Source: Octopus vulgaris
Taxonomy: Eukaryota
NCBI GenBank assembly: GCA_951406725.2
Contig: OX597828.1
Span: forward strand, 16,182,001 to 16,246,000
Reading direction: 5' to 3'
Length of the DNA: 64,000 nucleotides
Shown here: one piece after another, positions 57,621-64,000 of the stretch
Layout: each line of letters starts with the position of its first letter
Position numbering within the stretch: position 1 is the first letter of the stretch
Notes under the pieces: generated by a model
What the model was told of the DNA's origin: nothing
Database searches by the model: none
The model's input: only the letters and a program-made list of their open reading frames with translations
Program-made: the position numbers and the translations under genes

Positions 57621-58549
57621 TTTCACCCGGCGTCCTAACATTTCTACCAGCTCGTTACCTTAGGCTCGAAACTTAAAAGACTTTTTCTATTCCTGAGCGT
57701 TATACTAATACATCTGTTTGTTTTGTACACCACCTGTCTTTGTCCTTTGTTTTTTTCGTAAGCTCTCCCTATATATGTGTCTGTGTGTGTGTGTGTGTTC
57801 GTGTGTGTGTGTACATATACACATAAATGAGTTATAAAGATTTAAACAAAATGTTTTGAAATAACTGGCTATAAGTAATAAAAAAAACTGATTATTCAAT
57901 CAAAACTTGAATTGAAGATTGTTCGTCTCTAAATTAACGTACAACTCCACAGCACAGAATACAAAGAAGAGGAACAAAAACTTTAAACAGATAAATCGAA
58001 GGATATTAATGTTAAGATCAGGAAGAAGCTGCACCGGTATTATAGTAAGTTTGCAGTTGCAACGATTACTAATCGATTCAGGTGAAAAACGTGTAAGACT
58101 ATTTGAAGCTGTGTAGGTCTACTTGTAACTCTAGAAAAAGGAATTAAAAGTAATCCTAATGCTACTTGTTAATAATCCTTATTACTGTTATTATTGATAT
58201 TAAATACTCCAGGAAACCTATATGGTTGAGGTAATCTATTTAGAATTATCCAACGGAATATACCTCTAAATTCATATCTTATGAGAATTATCATTGGATT
58301 TGTATACTATCCATTGAATGCCTAACTGTGAGAAAACCGGTAAACATTTGGAGAATTTCCTCGCTAATTACCAATATAGGTAACTACACGTGGACTGTTG
58401 GCGATTTTTCCCCCTTCTTCCTCTTTTGGACTTTGCTCGAAACGTTACAAAGCCCCACTCTTTCTTTCCTTATCTAAGCCTCTTAGTAATATTTTGCATG
58501 TACCACGTCCTCGCGTTGTTGATTTTTTTCTTGTCTTTGTCTCCATTTT

Positions 58550-58629
<80 letters not shown>

Positions 58630-58672
58630 ATATATACATGTATATATATACGTGTATATATATATACCACGC

Positions 58673-58739
<67 letters not shown>

Positions 58740-58904
58740 CATATAAAAGCCTGGGGAAAATAGTGGTTAAGAGGTGGTTCTACGCTCTTAAAACCCAAGA
58801 ACTCCGGAAATTAAAGTCCTACCCATATCCCGTAGACGCAGCACATGTCAGGCCCCTATAAGTTAACTAACACAGATGATGATAATCCATCTGAGAGTGG
58901 GGAC

Positions 58905-59025
58905 GCAGAAATACCTATTTCTTTATTGCCCACAAGGGGCTAAGCATAGAGGGGACAAACAAGGATAGACAAAGGGATTAAGTCGATTAGATTGATCCCG
59001 AGGCAAAGTCGACCTCGGCGGAATT
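58905..59025 (-). mobile_element. Deleted family B SINE retaining the multimer junction
   Basis: gaaatac|ctatttctttattgcccacaagggg at ~58914. Confidence 0.7.
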
Positions 59026-60341
59026 ACCATTAGCGACCCCCTAGCTGTTGTCATGAACAAAAGCATTCGTGCAGGGAACCCAGAACCACAAAATCCAATA
59101 TGTTTTCTTCTAATACGGTGGGATCTGATTGTGATTCGAAGGAGATTTGATTGCTATTTTTATCAGGTCGAGGATCGACCACATATAGTGGCATCCCTTG
59201 TTTTTTAAGTTCGTGGATAAATTAAGTGATTGTCTCACTTTTCTATATTGGCTTTCATATAAGTAAAGTAAAATCTTCGTTGTTGCTCTTGATATAGTCT
59301 CGGCTCAGATCAGGGTTGATCTATTTGACTTGCGATCAAATGCATACCAGACATAAAAATACACTCTATGGTTCATATTTTTATTTATCTAAAACGAAAT
59401 AATGTTATTTTTTTCGTCTTGAGTGAGTGATATGAGTGTGTGATATGAGGGTAATTTATTTGCTATTTCTTGTAGATATCCAAAATATGTAGCATCCATC
59501 ATTTAAAATCCGTTATCTTGACGACATTTTAGTGTCAGTGTTTTAAAACTCTCTGCTACGTTCTCACATTTACAAACAATTCGTTGATATTTTCCCAAGA
59601 AGAATCATTTATGTATTTCATTACTTTTATCTTCTACTGTTTCAGCCTCAGGCATCTACGAATTCCTGTGCGTTATCGTTGAAAATACATATTTTGGCTT
59701 AACCACGCATATACGAACAGAGCTCAGATCAATATATACTTCGCCGTATTCAATTTGAAATACAAACCGACTGACAGACTGGAAGTCAATGAATTTCCAG
59801 TCTCCCAGATCTACTGCCCATCAATTTCTATAGACAAGCTTTTGAGTACAGGACGCTCAATAAATGTCAATCTTGTACCTTGTTAACCAGATATCTGATG
59901 AAATCCTCCCACACACATCTTCACTTTTGGCATTTCCTAAAATCGTTGAATGCATAACCTTCAGCGTCGAACACTCTGGCGATACTGGATTTCTTCCGCC
60001 CTGGATTTTCAACAAGGAATCCAGGAAAATGTCAACGCCAGCATCAAAGGAATGTCACCTTGTAGATTTGAGTTCGTCCACGACAGAACACCCATCATTC
60101 TCTTAGCAGTGCCAAAACCGATCACATAATCGATTTATCCGTATTAGCGACAAATAAAACGTATCTGGAGTAGACCCAACAATATTAAACTGCTCTAAAT
60201 GGTGCTTGAATTTATCTGTTGCTCCAAACCTTCACCAATAACTAGCCGGGATCAAAGCCCCAGGAAGAGAATAACTCTTTCAACACGTTTTCTGAAGGCA
60301 GCATACTTAACAGATACAACATCCGCTGTATTCTTTAATTG

Positions 60342-60405
<64 letters not shown>

Positions 60406-60470
60406 CTGTAATTACGGGGCGGGGCACAGATATGCAGTTTAGCCTCTTCAGGACCTTCCGTACGGAACTA

Positions 60471-61034
60471 TTGGGTACTCCGGAAAGTTCGTGCCGATTT
60501 TTAAAGGAGAGAAAAAGGTCAATAAATACTTGCCATTACATTTTTCATCAACCAAATATGAACCATTTTGTTGCACAATGTGTCACCATATTTTCTTTAA
60601 ACTTGAAAATCCCTCTTCCCAGAATTGAGGTGGTTTCATGGCAAACAATTCATCAAGGTATCTTTTAAAGTCATCCAAGGAATTGAAATCTTTACCATTA
60701 TAACTATTCTGCAGAGCTGAATAAGTGGAAATCCAAAGGAGCAATATCTGGTGAATATGGAGGGTGGAATAACACATCCCAGCCGAGCTGCAGCAATTTT
60801 TGTCTGGTTCCCAAAGCATCAAGTGCCGAAAATGAACTTTCTTATCTTCCATTTTGAAGGGTTACAGAACTAACACAGGTTATAGGAACATAAACCTTCT
60901 TCCACGAAAAGATAGCTTAAACTGTGCTCTAAATAGAGGTGTAGTCAAATCCTATTTTATGGACTCAACCATATTCTAAAATAAGTCGAAAGGTAAGCTA
61001 CTATAAATCGGCACGAACTTTCCGGACAACCCAG
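60471..61034 (-). mobile_element. Second copy of the mariner deletion derivative, opposite orientation
   Basis: Same TIRs and TA TSD; MEDKKVHFRHLMLWE...KRYLDELFAMKPPQFWEEG; same internal deletion as 18564-19116. Confidence 0.92.
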
Positions 61035-61104
61035 TACTAATTAAAGAAACGGCTCTCAAACACAATGCAGCCTATGCCTGCTGATCAGCTACATCACCCA
61101 CCGA

Positions 61105-61400
61105 ATGGATATCTTTGAAAGCTTACGTAATCTACCAGATTCTGTTGTATTAAATTCTCCAAATACTGCGAATGTTAAATTTCCAGCACGATCCGACGCT
61201 TGCACAACCATATCGAGGCAGACCTCTACATACGTGGTTCATGGGGTGAAATATATAACCTGCGTAGATAAATACGGGAACCACAAAACCAAGGATACTA
61301 ATCGAACCATGGACTGCAATGTCAGGAACTTCGCAAGACAATACCAACCAAATATTAACAGCAAGCAGAAAATGAACAAAGCAGACGAGCTAATTTAATC
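61105..61400 (+). pseudogene. Possible Penelope-like GIY-YIG endonuclease remnant
   Basis: TSTYVVHGVKYITCVDKYG..TKDT resembles the CxSxNVVYxIxCxxCxxxYIGxT motif; heavily decayed. Confidence 0.4.
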
Positions 61401-61737
61401 CCTTTTCTCATTTATCTATACACCATAAAATTTGACTTCACTTTCTCGTTGCACATGCGTGGCTTCTGTCCTTGATGTTCACAGTAGAATCCTGACACAT
61501 ACCACACGCAATACATTTTACGATCTCACTTTCTTCACACTTTAACAACACGAGATCTTAACACTTCATAGAGACATTAAGCTGTCACAACCCTTCATGC
61601 GTTTTCCTGTTTTCTTAACTCCTTGAAAAATGATATATTCCACCGGAAATACCAAAAAGTTAATTTATTTTAAGCAAAAATTTTATCTGTGTTTATATAT
61701 ATATATATATTTTATAGCCCCAACTGCATTGGGCAAT

Positions 61738-61773
<36 letters not shown>

Positions 61774-61850
61774 ATGTATACACACACACACACACACAAA
61801 TACACATACAAATAGGATAGTTATATATCGCAGTTTGAACGCTTCCTCCT

Positions 61851-61885
<35 letters not shown>

Positions 61886-63342
61886 CATTCACTCATTCAC
61901 ACTTTAACATACACAGTGTGATCTCTGGTCTGTTACAGGGTTCTGTTATACTCCCCGCTTTCTTCGTATTTTGCATCGTGTCTAGCTCTCATCACTTACA
62001 ATACCGTCCATTCCTATACAGACGGTACCAACTTTGACATCTGCTAACCTTCCACAAAATTTAGGCCAGTTAGCAGAGTCATTGAAGCATATGAAATATT
62101 CATTTCCAGTAATCGTTCTGAATGTCTGGGTTCTGATTTCAAATCCCGCTACGGTCACTATTGCCTTATATTATTCAGAATCGGTAAGTAAACCAATAGT
62201 TCTGTTATAGAGTCCACTCCTTTTCCATGTGTTTGTTTGTTTGTTTGTTTCTTTCTTTTTTTCTTTTCCTTCCTTTCTTCGTTTCTATCTATCTATATCT
62301 TCCTCGGTGTAATCGGCTGAGGTCCTATATGGAATGAGATACAACCCATCGGGGTCCACAAAATGCAAAAGCTACGCCGTATGACATGCCGGTGCTCCTA
62401 CAAAACCTTCAAAACGATGAGGGCCCGAGGCAGTGCAAGGTAACCTTGCATACACACAAGCACCATGTACATGTAACCTAGTGGACTACCTTTCCCCAAA
62501 CCTTCACAGATCCTGCAGACAGAGACCGCTAAAATATTCTGCAATAGCCACACAATTAGCATGTCTCCATCGACAACGGAATGACACATTCATTGCATAT
62601 ATATAGGAAGCAAGTTCGCATCTCCAATCGCTCTTTTGTCATGGACAATACGCAATTAAAACCCTGAAAGTCGCTGCAGTTACCAGCGGTTTGTAATTAT
62701 CGCCATAGCCATTATCATCACAATTATTGACAATGGGAAACTTAACCTTATAACCAACACTACCAATGTCGTAATTGCGGTCATTGTTGCAGTTCATAAT
62801 CGACGGCACGGCCGCCATTTTGGACCGGTCCTCATCACCATCGTCGTCACCGACACCGTCATCGCCGTCGTCATCGTTGTCATGATCGTCGATGGCGTCG
62901 TCGTTGACGAAGTTTTGTCCAGGTCGAAATCATGGTCGTGAACGTGACCGTGGTCGTGGTCGTATTCGTCGTCGTTGGAGGTCATTCTCTCTCTCTCTTC
63001 TCGTTCTTCCCTCTCCTCCTTGTCACTCTCCCTCTTTTTCGCTCCTCCCGCTTCTCTCTCCTTCACTTTCCCCAGCTTTTTCTGTTCCACTCGCCCTCTT
63101 CCTCCTCATCACTCATCTGCTCATGCTCAAACACACGCACACACATTCACGCACACCTTCACCCATTCTCTCTCTCTCTCTCTCTCTGCCCCCCTCTTTC
63201 ACACACCCACACACATATACTTCCTTTGCATCTGCCTGGCTGTGTATCTGTCAATCTATTCCCCCTTCTTTCTTTCTTTCTTTCTTTCTTGCTTTCTTTC
63301 TTTCTTTCTTTCTTTGTATCTCTCTACTTACACATACTTATT

Positions 63343-63455
<113 letters not shown>

Positions 63456-63835
63456 ATTTATATATATATTTATATATATATATATAGATATGTGCATGTG
63501 TGAGTGTGTGTTTGTCTGTGCTTGGATGTGTGTGTATGTGTGTGTGTATGTGTGTGTGCGTGCGTGTTATATGCCATACATTAGCAATAGCATCGTTGTT
63601 AAAGGTGGTCATCCTCTCGTTCGTCGGTTACATAATCTGATATTTACGTCGTTATGGATATTTGAACTGTGTTTTGGGAAGATACGTTTATCATCAGCAA
63701 ACACACATTTGCTCTCTCAAACACAAACACACACACACTAGTTTAATCAACACTTCTGTTTGACCTATGCATCTACACATCCATACATTCGGCTAACTAC
63801 TTACCTACAGATCTATATACATACATACATACCCC

Positions 63836-63881
<46 letters not shown>

Positions 63882-64000
63882 GCAGAATATAAAACCAAAA
63901 CGGAAAAATTTAACTGTTATTTCTAGCAATATAGGACCCAGCCAACAACCCCAAACACATTTTGTGACGATTGAATTTCTCTCTCTCTCTCTCTCTCTCT

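Noticed and set aside
59690-60110. Weak Helitron-helicase-like stretch on the minus strand (STILGNAKSEDV)
   Set aside because: Similarity is too short and decayed to support; needs a translated search.

Overview
AT-rich, gene-poor eukaryotic DNA, very probably cephalopod (Octopus-like). That assignment is an inference from the extreme microsatellite load and the tRNA-derived SINE types. No convincing intact host protein-coding gene is present; almost all ORFs in the track are translations of simple repeats ((TA)n, (CA)n, (TATC)n, (TACC)n, (AAT)n, (GAT)n, (TAC)n, (CTG)n). The non-simple DNA is a layered transposable-element landscape: at least four tRNA-derived SINE families; decayed non-LTR retrotransposons (R4/Dong-like in AAT tracts, L1/Tx1-like, CR1-like, RTE-like, Penelope-like); DNA transposons (two copies of a mariner deletion derivative, Tc1 and maT-like transposase remnants, a hAT MITE, an unclassified TIR element); several nested insertions with readable target-site duplications; and long fold-back inverted repeats. 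The most notable signals are (1) an apparently intact minimal type I hammerhead ribozyme at 7531-7591 plus several degenerate relatives, (2) a SINE that recurs as head-to-tail multimers joined at one fixed nucleotide at the loop of its own internal hairpin, and (3) two cases where a compound microsatellite appears to have been copied from elsewhere in the window, one of them into a Tc1 transposase ORF. A few unique islands between microsatellites may be regulatory elements or small exons, but this cannot be established from sequence alone.
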